A stretch of 64,000 nt of DNA, taken from assembly GCA_050179755.1 (NCBI GenBank), contig JBFXEV010000001.1, forward strand, positions 265,994 through 329,993, in the 5' to 3' direction. Positions 18,133 through 28,129 of the stretch are shown piece by piece (position 1 is the stretch's first letter; each line of letters begins with the position of its first letter). Made by a program: the position numbers and the translations under genes. Origin of the DNA: Candidatus Babeliales bacterium (lineage in GTDB: Bacteria > Babelota > Babeliae > Babelales > JBFXEV01). The notes under the pieces were generated by a model. The model was given only the letters and a program-made list of their open reading frames with translations. It had not been told where the DNA came from and ran no database searches.

Positions 18133-19755
18133 ATGAAAAAGCACCTTATCCTTTCGTTACTAGTGGCAAGCGCGTTAGCGTTTAACGCACAAGCGCTTGA
18201 TACAGACCGAGATCTCTTTAAAGGGGATGACGTCTACGGACAAACATTCTTCTCTGTTCGCCCAGAATTTGAATCAGCTTTCCCAGAAAAAACTGTAGGT
18301 TTTCGTGATCGCGCAAAAGCACGCTGCGACGGCCATGGCGGCGCGTTTCAATTTGTGCCATTTGGTGGTAGATCTACAAAGTCTAAAGACTTAATGAAAT
18401 ACTTCTCACCTGGTGGACAAACAACATTGGTGGTAGACTCAAACCCAGACTTCCCAGTTAACGGTATTGGAAGTCAATCTGATGTTCAACGCGATATTAA
18501 TCCAATACATTTTGGTATTAATTATACACTAAATGGCGAACCGGGTGGACCAGCAGGCAGATTCCGCAGCGTTATTCAATTCCGCCCAGAACGTACCGTT
18601 GGTGGTTTAGGTATTACCTATCGCCAATATGTAGGCAGAAACTGCGATTGCGATGACAGAACATGGTGGTTTGAAATTTCAGCACCAATTCTTCATGTGC
18701 GCAACAAAATGAATCTCACCGAAACATTGATCACCACATCTGGTGAGCCCGTAGATGGTGGTGGCATTTTAAGCCCTGCAAATATGACAGAAGCATTTAC
18801 CGGTGCTGTTGAATTCTTCGGTACAGGCACAAGAATGTCATTTGGTCTCATTAATGATCTAAGAGATAATAACAATCAAACATTTGATGGCATACAATCA
18901 CCAAAAAGTGCAATGCGCGCTTGGGGTTCTGATATTGAACTTAAATTAGGCCGTGATTGGTATACTAGTGATTGCGTATATATGGGTGGCTATGTGGGCC
19001 TTCATATTCCTGCAAGCAGAAAACCTAATGGTCGCTATGTGTTTGAAGCAATTCCTGGATTTAACCAACACTTTGGTTTTATGACTGGTTTACTTGCTGG
19101 TGTGGAAATCTGGAGAGATTGTGACCGTTCATTAAGTTGGGAATTTGAAACTAACCATCGCTTCTGGATACAAAACACACAAGTACGTTCATTTGATTTA
19201 AAGAACCGCCCATGGAGCCGTTACATGATTGTGCGTAGAGAAGATGGTGAGATTGCTCCAGGTATCAACATGTTTACACGCCAAATGAAAGTACACCCTC
19301 GTTATAGCTTTGATATTAACACTGGCCTTGTATATGGCAACGACTGCGGGTTCTCTGCAGAACTTGGTTATAACTTCTGGGCTCGCCAAGGTGAACGTGT
19401 TAAATTGAAAGAACCATTCCCTCCTGCTAATCTTGGTCTTGTTGGTTTTGATGATGAGGGTAACATTGATCCAGACTTCATCAATAGATTAAGCAATATT
19501 GGTGATAATAATACAGGTGCTAACTATCCTTTAATAACACTACCTGATTCTGGAATTCGCCCACAAGATCTTAACTTGCTTTCTGCAGCAGCACCTGCTT
19601 GCTTAAGCAACACTATCTACGGTGCTCTTGGCTATGCTTGGGATGATCGTTGCTATCCATTATTTGTAGGCCTTGGCGGTTCTTATGAATTCTCAGGCAA
19701 AAACACTGCACTTAATAGATGGTTAGTTTGGGGTAAATTTGGCGTTTCTATCTAA
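18133..19755 (+). CDS. Orphan outer-membrane beta-barrel-like protein, paralog 3 (candidate major OMP)
   Basis: AAGGAGG RBS, signal AQA|LD, same conserved blocks, own long upstream region and strong terminator. Confidence 0.72.
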   Translation: MKKHLILSLLVASALAFNAQALDTDRDLFKGDDVYGQTFFSVRPEFESAFPEKTVGFRDRAKARCDGHGGAFQFVPFGGRSTKSKDLMKYFSPGGQTTLVVDSNPDFPVNGIGSQSDVQRDINPIHFGINYTLNGEPGGPAGRFRSVIQFRPERTVGGLGITYRQYVGRNCDCDDRTWWFEISAPILHVRNKMNLTETLITTSGEPVDGGGILSPANMTEAFTGAVEFFGTGTRMSFGLINDLRDNNNQTFDGIQSPKSAMRAWGSDIELKLGRDWYTSDCVYMGGYVGLHIPASRKPNGRYVFEAIPGFNQHFGFMTGLLAGVEIWRDCDRSLSWEFETNHRFWIQNTQVRSFDLKNRPWSRYMIVRREDGEIAPGINMFTRQMKVHPRYSFDINTGLVYGNDCGFSAELGYNFWARQGERVKLKEPFPPANLGLVGFDDEGNIDPDFINRLSNIGDNNTGANYPLITLPDSGIRPQDLNLLSAAAPACLSNTIYGALGYAWDDRCYPLFVGLGGSYEFSGKNTALNRWLVWGKFGVSI

Positions 19756-19794
19756 GCGTTTGCTTAGAAATGTTTAGAAACCTAAACTTTTTTG

Positions 19795-19827
19795 AGAAGT
19801 CCTTGCCCCTCGGCAAGGACTTCTTTT
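19795..19827 (+). terminator. Rho-independent terminator
   Basis: agaagtccttgcc-cctc-ggcaaggacttct followed by T run. Confidence 0.85.
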
Positions 19828-19847
19828 AATTTAAAAGGAGCTTTTCC

Positions 19848-20195
19848 ATGAAAAAAATATTTTTCTCAGTACTAACAATTGCTTTAATTGCAAACGTATC
19901 TGAAATATATGCAATGAAGAAAATAATAGAAAAAAAAGCCCCCGCTGAGACGAAAAAACAAGAACCACCTCCTACAGTAAAACCAACGACTCCAGCAGCA
20001 AAACCGACTACTCCGTCAGCGCCAGCTGCTAAGCCAAGCACACCGGCAACATCAGGACCACTTTCTAACGCGGCTGCAGAAGGAGAGCTGGTAAAAGTAG
20101 AAGACGCAATTGCAGCAGCAGTGGGAGCTGCATCTGGAAATGATAAAGCTGTAATAAAAACGAGAATCGTTAAAGCTGCACAAGCTGCTGCTTAA
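19848..20195 (+). CDS. Small secreted Pro/Ala/Lys/Thr-rich protein
   Basis: AAGGAG RBS, signal IYA|MK, KPTTP repeats. Confidence 0.78.
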   Translation: MKKIFFSVLTIALIANVSEIYAMKKIIEKKAPAETKKQEPPPTVKPTTPAAKPTTPSAPAAKPSTPATSGPLSNAAAEGELVKVEDAIAAAVGAASGNDKAVIKTRIVKAAQAAA

Positions 20196-20222
20196 AAAAT
20201 AGGTATCATGTAGCTTATTTTG

Positions 20223-20252
20223 GAGACTCAGGAAACTGAGTCTCTTTTTTTT
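20223..20252 (+). terminator. Rho-independent terminator
   Basis: gagactcag-gaaa-ctgagtctc followed by T run. Confidence 0.88.
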
Positions 20253-20328
20253 GGTAGAGTGCTATACTTAACGCAGACTACGTCTTTATACACAACTTGA
20301 TAGCTTACTATACAATCATGCTTCTCTA

Positions 20329-20416
20329 TCCATTCATCCTGCCGCGCCCGCCGTCCTTCGACAGGCTCAAGATGAGCGGACTTACGCAAGGTTGGGCTGG
20401 TCGAAGGATATGAGCG
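20329..20416. repeat. REP-like palindromic element
   Basis: tccttcgac (20354-62) / gtcgaagga (20400-08) and tccattcatcctg (20329-41) / caagatgagcgga (20368-80). Confidence 0.6.
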
Positions 20417-20437
20417 TTAAAACTTAAGGAGAATAAT

Positions 20438-21448
20438 ATGTTACCAGCAATCTTAGTTACCGGCGGAGCAGGCTATATAGGCTCACACACTGCACTCTTA
20501 CTTGCGCAACTTGGTTATCAGATTATTATTGTTGATTCTTTTAAACACAAGCAACATTTTAACCCTTCGTGGGCAACCGTTATAGAACAAGATATTGGTG
20601 ATAGAAAAGCACTGGATGCTCTTTTTGCAACACACAACATTAAGGCTGTTATGCATTTTGCAGCAAGCATAGAAGTGGGTGAATCGGTAAAAAATCCTGC
20701 ACTATTTTATGAAAATAATGTGAGTAATACTATTGGCTTATTACAAGTAATGCTCAATCATGGCGTGAATAAAATTATCTTCTCCTCAAGTTGCGCAGTA
20801 TTTGGCAACCCAGAAGGCTTAACATTACATGAAGAACATCCCAAACGGCCTTTAAGCCCGTATGGCAGCACCAAATATATGGTGGAAACTATTTTAGAAG
20901 ATTTTCATAAGGCTTATGGCCTTGAATATGTAATATTGCGTTATTTTAATGCAGCAGGTGCTTGGCCAGAATTTGGCCTTGGTGAACAACATGAACCAGA
21001 AACACATATCATACCGCTTTTATTGCGCGCGGCGTTGCAACGCAAGCCGTTTACCGTATTTGGTACTGATTATCCTACGCCAGATGGCACTGCATTGCGC
21101 GATTATGTGCACGTGCGCGATATTGCACAAGCACACGTACTTGCCTTTAAACATTTAGAAAAAGGCAGGCCTTCTGATTCATTTAATTTGGGGACGGGTA
21201 ATGCAATTTCTGTAAAGCAAATGCTTGAGGCGGTAGAGCGGGTAACGCACACACAAGTGCCCGTTGTGTGGGGAGAGCGCCGAGCAGGAGATCCTGCACG
21301 CTTGCAAGCAGCTCCAGAAAAAGCACATATGATATTGAATTGGCATCCACAATATTCTGAGATTGATTTTATCTTGCAATCAGCGCTTGCTTTCCACACA
21401 AATTTACCTTTAAAGCATGAACCGATGCGTGAAATTCTTAGAAGCTAA
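20438..21448 (+). CDS. galE: UDP-glucose 4-epimerase
   Basis: GGAGYIGSH, HFAA, FSSS, YGSTK, LRYFNAAGA, DGTALRDYVHV. Confidence 0.95.
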   Translation: MLPAILVTGGAGYIGSHTALLLAQLGYQIIIVDSFKHKQHFNPSWATVIEQDIGDRKALDALFATHNIKAVMHFAASIEVGESVKNPALFYENNVSNTIGLLQVMLNHGVNKIIFSSSCAVFGNPEGLTLHEEHPKRPLSPYGSTKYMVETILEDFHKAYGLEYVILRYFNAAGAWPEFGLGEQHEPETHIIPLLLRAALQRKPFTVFGTDYPTPDGTALRDYVHVRDIAQAHVLAFKHLEKGRPSDSFNLGTGNAISVKQMLEAVERVTHTQVPVVWGERRAGDPARLQAAPEKAHMILNWHPQYSEIDFILQSALAFHTNLPLKHEPMREILRS

Positions 21449-21476
21449 AGCGAAGTGTAGAATACTCAAAAGTAAC

Positions 21477-21510
21477 AAAAAATGGCCGTCATTTAAGACG
21501 ACCATTTTTT
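21477..21510. terminator. Bidirectional terminator between convergent genes
   Basis: aaaaaatggccgtc / gacgaccatttttt. Confidence 0.7.
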
Positions 21511-21544
21511 GTTTGTTTTAACTGAGAAGCTTATTTTTTAAAGC

Positions 21545-22336
21545 TTACTTTCTAGCTTGTTTTCTTGCGGCATTATCTGCTGCAATACGTGCCAAACCAG
21601 TAAGTTTTTTAGGTTGAGTTTTAGTAGTAGCTACAGATTCAGTTTCTTTAGTTGCAGTAACTGAATGAATAACTGGTTCTTGAGCTGCTGGTTGTTCAAC
21701 TTGCGCTACTGGAGCTACTGGTTGTTCAACTGGAGCTACAACCGCTGGTTGTTCTGCTACTGGAGCTGGTTTAACTACAGCTTGACCTAAAACTCGTTCA
21801 ACTACTACTAGAGTCTTTGGTTCAGCTGCAGGAGCAACTGTTTTTTCAACAATTGTGTTTACAACTGGAGCTACTGGAGCTACTGGTTGTTCAACTTGAG
21901 TTGCTGGAGCTGGTTGTTCAACTGGAGCTACTGGAGCTGCTGCTGTTCCTGTTGTATCTTGTGGATTTACAGTAATAGCTTTAGGAGCTCTGTACACATC
22001 CCATACAATTTTACCGCCCATTACAACAAAACCTGCAGTAAAACCTGCTTTGATTAATTGCTCAGGCGTAAAATTAGACATGCTCGTTGGAAGAGTTGCT
22101 AATATTGCTGAACCAATGTTCTTCAAACCTTGAAGTGCATACGCACCATTAGCTTTTAAAGAATCAAATCTTCCTGCAACAACTTCTACAACTGGAGCTG
22201 TTTCAGCTGCAGTTGCTACTGTTGTTACAACAACATCCGCTTCAAGAGCTGGCATGTCAGCGAAATCCATTGCAAAACCTGCAAACGGAACTGATAGTAA
22301 TGTAACCAACAAGGTTACTTTAGAGAGAGAGTTCAT
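21545..22336 (-). CDS. Secreted protein with TM helix and Pro/Val/Ala/Glu/Gln repeats
   Basis: GGAGG RBS, signal GFA|MD, TM AGFTAGFVVMGG, VEQPVAP repeats. Confidence 0.78.
   Translation of the reverse strand: MNSLSKVTLLVTLLSVPFAGFAMDFADMPALEADVVVTTVATAAETAPVVEVVAGRFDSLKANGAYALQGLKNIGSAILATLPTSMSNFTPEQLIKAGFTAGFVVMGGKIVWDVYRAPKAITVNPQDTTGTAAAPVAPVEQPAPATQVEQPVAPVAPVVNTIVEKTVAPAAEPKTLVVVERVLGQAVVKPAPVAEQPAVVAPVEQPVAPVAQVEQPAAQEPVIHSVTATKETESVATTKTQPKKLTGLARIAADNAARKQARK
21680..21940 (-). repeat. Coding short-unit repeats (actggagct / ggttgttcaac) encoding VAPV/VEQP
   Basis: Repeated units visible in both DNA and protein. Confidence 0.7.
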
Positions 22337-22441
22337 ATAGGACCTCCATTTGGTAATATGTTAACGACTTCTCACTTGTCTATATCTAGATTACAGGATA
22401 TAAAAATAATGTCAATATGTAATATTTAATTAATTTTACCC

Positions 22442-23020
22442 TTATTTCCTGTCTTCTTTATTACTTTTTTGATCTTCACGAAGTCTATGAACCCCATGCT
22501 TGCTAACAGGCATATTCAATATTTTATACCCTATAAAGAGCACTACAGGGGTAATAGCCGCCGCAATTGATATGTGGGGATGATCAGCGATAAACGCTTT
22601 AACTCCTTCAGGAGTGCGTTTTTCAGCCCAATTTAGGGTATTATAAGCCGCATTAGAGATTGTAGTGCCGGCAGCCACTGCTTTCTCTGAAGCTGCAGCA
22701 TAGGCCTTATGTGTCTGCGCTCCAGCAGCCTTATATGCACAAGCAACACCATCTGAGATTACGCCATACGCGTTGCCAGCTTTTTCTGAAGCTACACCGT
22801 AGGCATTACCTACTTTCTCGGCAACTATACCAGAGAGCTCAGAAGCTTTACCTGAGGTTGCTTTGACTGCTGATTTTAGGCTATCGCGCCCTTTAGTAAG
22901 GTATTCAGTAACTGTTTGGCCTGCTTTCTCAGCCCATGCTGAGTTATCTTGAGCAAAACCAGTAGAAACTGATCCAGCCATAATGAATGCGCATGCTGCG
23001 ACTTTAAGGGAATTGGTCAT
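22442..23020 (-). CDS. Secreted Ala/Lys-rich helical-repeat protein with late TM helix
   Basis: GGAGG RBS, signal GFA|QD, 11-mer EKAGNAYGVAS repeats, FIADHPHISIAAAITPVVLFIGY. Confidence 0.75.
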   Translation of the reverse strand: MTNSLKVAACAFIMAGSVSTGFAQDNSAWAEKAGQTVTEYLTKGRDSLKSAVKATSGKASELSGIVAEKVGNAYGVASEKAGNAYGVISDGVACAYKAAGAQTHKAYAAASEKAVAAGTTISNAAYNTLNWAEKRTPEGVKAFIADHPHISIAAAITPVVLFIGYKILNMPVSKHGVHRLREDQKSNKEDRK

Positions 23021-23204
23021 TTAAGATCCTCCATTGAGATTGATATAACCTACTCCTGAGTATACTTAAATGACCCAAATTGTCAAAAAGGGCCGCACTC
23101 GGCAGCCCTTAATTAACTGTATTAACTCTGTAAATATTCTAATAGAAACATTAGATCATCGCGCGCCCGAGTATTCGTAAGAATACGAAGGGACCCAGCG
23201 CGAT

Positions 23205-25739
23205 TTACTGTCCATGGCATTTCTTATATTTCTTGCCAGAGCCACAATGGCACGGGTCATTGCGCCCCACCTTATCTTCATCACGCACTATAGGGCCAGC
23301 AGGTTCTTGTGGGCCTTCGCTTGCTACCATTTTAAGGTCTTCAAGCTCTTGCTCACGGCGCTGCTCAATAGCATGCGCATCAAAACGAGCAAGATCTATA
23401 TGGAATAAACGGTGCACCACGTCCCAACGAATCTGACGCATCATATCTTGGAACATATAAAAGGCTTCTCGTTTATATTCTATAAGAGGGTTCTTTTGGC
23501 CCCAACTACGCAAATTAATACCTTCTTTAAGATGATCAAGGTTGAGCATATGCTGCTTCCATGCCTGGTCAATGGTTTCTAGCATGAGCCATTTTTCTGC
23601 ATTCTCAATCATATCTTGCGGTTGGCTGCCTCTATGGAGCTCATACTTCATGAGCAAGAAATCAGCAAGCGCATTTTCAAGTTCGTCACTCGTTGCTGCT
23701 TTACCCACTTCAGCTTTAATTTCTTCAAGCGGCAAACCAGTTATCGCTTGCACCATGCCAAGTATTTTATCTACTTGTTCGGTTGTCACTGCACGAGTTG
23801 GGCAACACACTTCTATCATGCCCTGCACAGCACCAATGAGCATGTCACGCACTAAAGCGTACATATTCTCATCGCCCTCAAGCACGCTGCGGCGATAGCT
23901 ATAAATGACAATACGTTGTTGGTTCAAAACATCATCGTATTCTAATAAATGCTTACGAATTTCAAAGTTATGTTTTTCAACTTTTTCTTGAGAACGTTCA
24001 ATAGTTTTTGAAATGAAACGAGATTCTATTGTTTCATCTTCGGTCATACCAACACGCTCCATATTCTTTTTGATAGTGTCACCCGCAAAAATGCGAATAA
24101 GATCATCTTCCAAAGATATATAGAATCGTGATTCACCAGCATCGCCTTGACGGCCAGAACGGCCTCTCAACTGATTATCAATACGGCGTGATTCGTGGCG
24201 CTCTGTGCCAAGCACGTATAAACCGCCTGCCATTTTTGAATCAGGTGTAAGTTTAATATCGGTACCACGGCCTGCCATATTAGTGGCAATTGTTACACGC
24301 CCTGGCTCACCTGCATACTGAATAATTTCAGCTTCACGTTCATGCTGTTTTGCATTGAGCACTTCGTGCGGCACGCCAGCGGCTTTTAATATGTGTGATA
24401 ATAATTCAGACGTTTCAATAGCAATAGTACCAATAAGCACAGGCTGGCGCTTGAGATGCCGCTCTTTAATATCTTGTGCTATTGCTTTATATTTTGCATT
24501 TTTAGTAAGGAAAATTAAATCAGCTTGATCAATACGTGCAAGCTGCTCATGTGTTGGCACTGAAATAACATCAAGTTTATAAATCTTATGGAATTCTTCT
24601 GCTTCTGTTGCTGCAGTACCGGTCATACCAGCAAGCTTTTTATATAATCTAAAGAAGTTTTGTAAGGTGATGCTTGCAAGCGTTTGGCTTTCACGAGCCA
24701 CTTTTACTGCTTCTTTTGCTTCAAGCGCTTGATGCAAACCATCTGAATATCTACGGCCACTTAATATACGGCCCGTAAATTCATCCACAATTAATACTTC
24801 CCCATCGCGCACCACGTAATCAACATCTATTTTAAAGAGCGTATTAGCGCGTAATGCTTGCGTAATGTGATGAAGCAAATTAAGATTCTGCACTGCATAG
24901 AGATTATCAATACCAAGAGCAGCTTCTACTTTATCGTTACCAGATTCAGTCAATTGCACGGAACGTGCTTTTTCATCAATTTCATAGTCTTCAGTTTTCA
25001 CCAAACGGCGCACTACTTTATCTGCTTTTTCATAAAGATCGCTGCTTGCATCGCCCCCACCAGAAATAATAAGTGGCGTACGTGCTTCATCAATCAAAAT
25101 GGAGTCAACTTCATCAACGATCGCATAATTTAGATCACGCTGTACATAATCTGAAAGTTTGTGCTTCATGTTATCGCGCAGATAATCAAAACCCAACTCA
25201 TTGTTGGTAGCATACATAATATCTGCTTGATACACTTCTTTGCGCTCTTCGTCAGACATATCATGCTTGAGCGCAGCACACGTGAGCCCTAACGCAGTAA
25301 AGATTTTACCCATCCACGCAGCATCACGATTGGCCAAATAGTCGTTAGTGGTCACCAAGTGAGCACCTTTGCCAGGAAGCGCATTAAGATAGAGTGGAAG
25401 CGTTGCGGTGAGCGTTTTACCTTCACCAGTTTTCATTTCTGCAATTTTGCCTTGATGGAGCACTATGCCACCCATGAGCTGTACGTCATAATGACGCTCG
25501 CCAAGAACTCTGCGCGCAGCTTCTCGCACCACGGCAAATGCCTCTGGCAGAAGATCATCAAGAGTTTCACCTTGCATTAACCGTTCGCGAAATTCATTTG
25601 TTTTTGCTTTAAGCTGCTCATCAGAAAGCGCTTTAATTGACGGCTCAAACGCATTTATTTTATCTACAATGGGTTGGAGTTTACGTAACTGACGGGCATT
25701 ATTAGTGCCCAGAATTTTGGCCAAAAGAGCTGTTATCAT
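23205..25739 (-). CDS. secA: Preprotein translocase subunit SecA
   Basis: MKTGEGKT, IVDEVDSILIDEARTPLIISG, TNMAGRGTDI, QLRGRSGRQGD, SEC-C zinc motif. Confidence 0.98.
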   Translation of the reverse strand: MITALLAKILGTNNARQLRKLQPIVDKINAFEPSIKALSDEQLKAKTNEFRERLMQGETLDDLLPEAFAVVREAARRVLGERHYDVQLMGGIVLHQGKIAEMKTGEGKTLTATLPLYLNALPGKGAHLVTTNDYLANRDAAWMGKIFTALGLTCAALKHDMSDEERKEVYQADIMYATNNELGFDYLRDNMKHKLSDYVQRDLNYAIVDEVDSILIDEARTPLIISGGGDASSDLYEKADKVVRRLVKTEDYEIDEKARSVQLTESGNDKVEAALGIDNLYAVQNLNLLHHITQALRANTLFKIDVDYVVRDGEVLIVDEFTGRILSGRRYSDGLHQALEAKEAVKVARESQTLASITLQNFFRLYKKLAGMTGTAATEAEEFHKIYKLDVISVPTHEQLARIDQADLIFLTKNAKYKAIAQDIKERHLKRQPVLIGTIAIETSELLSHILKAAGVPHEVLNAKQHEREAEIIQYAGEPGRVTIATNMAGRGTDIKLTPDSKMAGGLYVLGTERHESRRIDNQLRGRSGRQGDAGESRFYISLEDDLIRIFAGDTIKKNMERVGMTEDETIESRFISKTIERSQEKVEKHNFEIRKHLLEYDDVLNQQRIVIYSYRRSVLEGDENMYALVRDMLIGAVQGMIEVCCPTRAVTTEQVDKILGMVQAITGLPLEEIKAEVGKAATSDELENALADFLLMKYELHRGSQPQDMIENAEKWLMLETIDQAWKQHMLNLDHLKEGINLRSWGQKNPLIEYKREAFYMFQDMMRQIRWDVVHRLFHIDLARFDAHAIEQRREQELEDLKMVASEGPQEPAGPIVRDEDKVGRNDPCHCGSGKKYKKCHGQ

Positions 25740-25900
25740 GTATGGTTCCTTATCAAATATATACCCTCCTCCAAAAGGCGTTTATTACCTTTTAAAAGAT
25801 AGTATATCAGATTTAAGGCAAGATAACACAAAAAGGGCCTGATAACAAAATTGCATCAAGCCCTCTTAGTTTAAAACACATAACAAATAGTTAATTATTA

Positions 25901-26830
25901 TTAATTGCCTGTGTCATATTTGGCACGTTCTACAGGATCTGAAAGCACTGCATATGCTTCATTAAGCTCCATAAATCGTTCTTGTGCTTTGTCTTTATCC
26001 GCCTCCGCTGCTTTATCAGGGTGAGTTTGTAACGCTAAATTTCGGTATGCTTTTTTGATATCTGCCGTAGATGCCGTTTTTGCCACACCAAGGACTTCAT
26101 AATATGAGCGTATTGGTTTTCTTGTACCATCAACTCGTGGTGTCATGGCATTCTTTACTTTGGCATATAAATTAACAATCTCTCGTTGCAAATCTGGCAT
26201 ACCACTACCAGCATCGAAATAAAAATGATACAATTTTCTGAGTTCAGCGTTTACGTCTTGCTGTAACCTGTTTAACATCATTGCTTTTTGATTGGCATCA
26301 GTAAGCCCAGTCAATGTTTGCATTCTATCCCGAATGTTATCAATAAAAATGAGAGCTTTTGGTTGCATGACATCTTTAAATTTCTGCCGCTTTTCTGCGC
26401 GCACTTTCAGCACGCCCGGCAAAGTTTCCACATAATAATCAAACAAATCAAGATGTCTTTGCTCTACGCCTTTCACTCTTGCAGCTCGCGCTTTAAGAGC
26501 TAAAATAGTGTCTGCTTCTGGCGCTATATAAGCCAATGCCATTAATTTATCCAATTCTGACATATCACCAAATAACATTTCTTCTTGATATTTAGCTATT
26601 TCTTGTGCAGTTTGCGGCTTTGCCACAACAATTGCAGTTGTTTTAGGAGCTACCGGTGCCGCAACAACGGGCTTTTTAGGCTCCGCAGCGGGCTGTGCAG
26701 CGGTTAATTGAGGGACGCTTGGTGCTTGCGCTGCCGGCGTTGGTTTTGGCTGAAGCCTACGTAACGCTTGAATTTTTGTAATTCCAGATACCGCGAGTAT
26801 CGAAATTGCGATCACCATTATTTTATTCAT
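25901..26830 (-). CDS. Secreted protein with C-terminal DnaJ (J) domain
   Basis: Signal IQA|LRRL, Pro/Ala linker, YYEVLGV...[16 protein letters not shown]...[18 protein letters not shown]. Confidence 0.85.
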   Translation of the reverse strand: MNKIMVIAISILAVSGITKIQALRRLQPKPTPAAQAPSVPQLTAAQPAAEPKKPVVAAPVAPKTTAIVVAKPQTAQEIAKYQEEMLFGDMSELDKLMALAYIAPEADTILALKARAARVKGVEQRHLDLFDYYVETLPGVLKVRAEKRQKFKDVMQPKALIFIDNIRDRMQTLTGLTDANQKAMMLNRLQQDVNAELRKLYHFYFDAGSGMPDLQREIVNLYAKVKNAMTPRVDGTRKPIRSYYEVLGVAKTASTADIKKAYRNLALQTHPDKAAEADKDKAQERFMELNEAYAVLSDPVERAKYDTGN

Positions 26831-26868
26831 GTTTCTTCCTTTTTATTATTTTATTAAAATAAGTCAAT

Positions 26869-27249
26869 TTATTTAGCTAGCGGTAATGTATCAGCCTTAT
26901 CTGGCAATGCAGCAAAACGATCATCCCAAACTTTGCCTTTGAAATCAATTGAATTCAACATTTCAGTAGTAAATGCTCGTGCATCTTCTTTATTACCCAG
27001 CGAAACAGCTGCATTACTCAAAAGTTCAAACGCCTTGATGAGAGCTGCTTTAATTTCATTCTTTTGTGCATCTGAAATAGTCACTACAACCGTTTGTCCG
27101 AGGCGAGGTCGCACTATTAGTTCTTGTTGTTGCTGTGCTGCACCACTCACAGTTTTTTGTTCAGATGGGGTAAGTCTTCTTAATGCATGAACATTACCTA
27201 CGCTTATTACAGCTAATATTACTGCTAAAGTTGTTAGTAATTGTTTCAT
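26869..27249 (-). CDS. Small secreted protein (LRRL family)
   Basis: Signal VHA|LRRL; helical domain similar to the C-terminus of 28130-28921. Confidence 0.75.
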   Translation of the reverse strand: MKQLLTTLAVILAVISVGNVHALRRLTPSEQKTVSGAAQQQQELIVRPRLGQTVVVTISDAQKNEIKAALIKAFELLSNAAVSLGNKEDARAFTTEMLNSIDFKGKVWDDRFAALPDKADTLPLAK

Positions 27250-27267
27250 AGTTTTCCTTTATATAAT

Positions 27268-28074
27268 TTATTTTGCTATTCGAATTCTAGGTAAAGTTTT
27301 CCCAGTTGCAGCTTCCACTTGTTTAACAATGTAAACAAACATTTTAGTATCCCAATCAAGATTATGCGCAACTAAATAATTATTAAATTCGTCATAAAAA
27401 TTATCCGCGGTCCATGCTTTTGCACGATTTACAATATCGTCTATATCAGCCTGTGTAAACTCTCTTTTGAGCGCTTCTTTTTTTAATAACTCATTAAATG
27501 CAGGATCAAACGTTACATCAGGGCGTATTGCAATATACATTTGATATACGTCAGCCGTTTTTTTGTGGCGTGCTGCAGCTAATAAAAATGCTTGTTCTTC
27601 AACAGTAAGAGCTCTTTTGGGTGCTTGTGGTAATTGTGCAAGAAATTGCGCCTTAGAAGGTAAAGCTTGTATTTGAGGATCTTGTTCTACGCCAACGATT
27701 GCTTTGCGCAAGACCTCTATTGTGGCCATTGCATCTTCTCTATTTGAACCCAATATTGGATGCTTTAAAAGGCCTTCAATCCATTGCTCTCTTAAACCTT
27801 TTACTTCTTCTTGCATTACTTCTTGCACAATGGCGTCTATATTGGCAAGAGGTGTTGTTTTTGGAGCAGCCGCAGGTTTACTTGGCGTTTTTACGGGTGC
27901 TGCAGGTTTTTGCACAGGCGCTACCGGTTTTTGTGCAGGTGCTGCAACTTTTGGTACAGCTGCCGGTGTAGGTTTTCCAGTTGGTTCAGTTTTTTTCATG
28001 CGACCCAGCGCTTGGATTTGCATAGTTCCTGCTAATGAAAGCAATGCAACTGTTACTAATAAAATTTTCTTCAT
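27268..28074 (-). CDS. Secreted protein (LGRMK family)
   Basis: Signal IQA|LGRMKK, PAK-rich linker, AKAWTADNF module. Confidence 0.78.
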   Translation of the reverse strand: MKKILLVTVALLSLAGTMQIQALGRMKKTEPTGKPTPAAVPKVAAPAQKPVAPVQKPAAPVKTPSKPAAAPKTTPLANIDAIVQEVMQEEVKGLREQWIEGLLKHPILGSNREDAMATIEVLRKAIVGVEQDPQIQALPSKAQFLAQLPQAPKRALTVEEQAFLLAAARHKKTADVYQMYIAIRPDVTFDPAFNELLKKEALKREFTQADIDDIVNRAKAWTADNFYDEFNNYLVAHNLDWDTKMFVYIVKQVEAATGKTLPRIRIAK

Positions 28075-28085
28075 ATTATCCCCTT

Positions 28086-28118
28086 AAAAGAGAGGCGAGT
28101 ACGATATCCCGCCTCTTT
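28086..28118 (-). terminator. Probable terminator
   Basis: aaagagaggcg / cgcctcttt. Confidence 0.55.
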
Positions 28119-28129
28119 ATATACATATA

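Noticed and set aside
21680..21940. Short repeats as a possible CRISPR array
   Set aside because: Irregular in-frame coding repeats with no constant repeat-spacer period and no cas genes.
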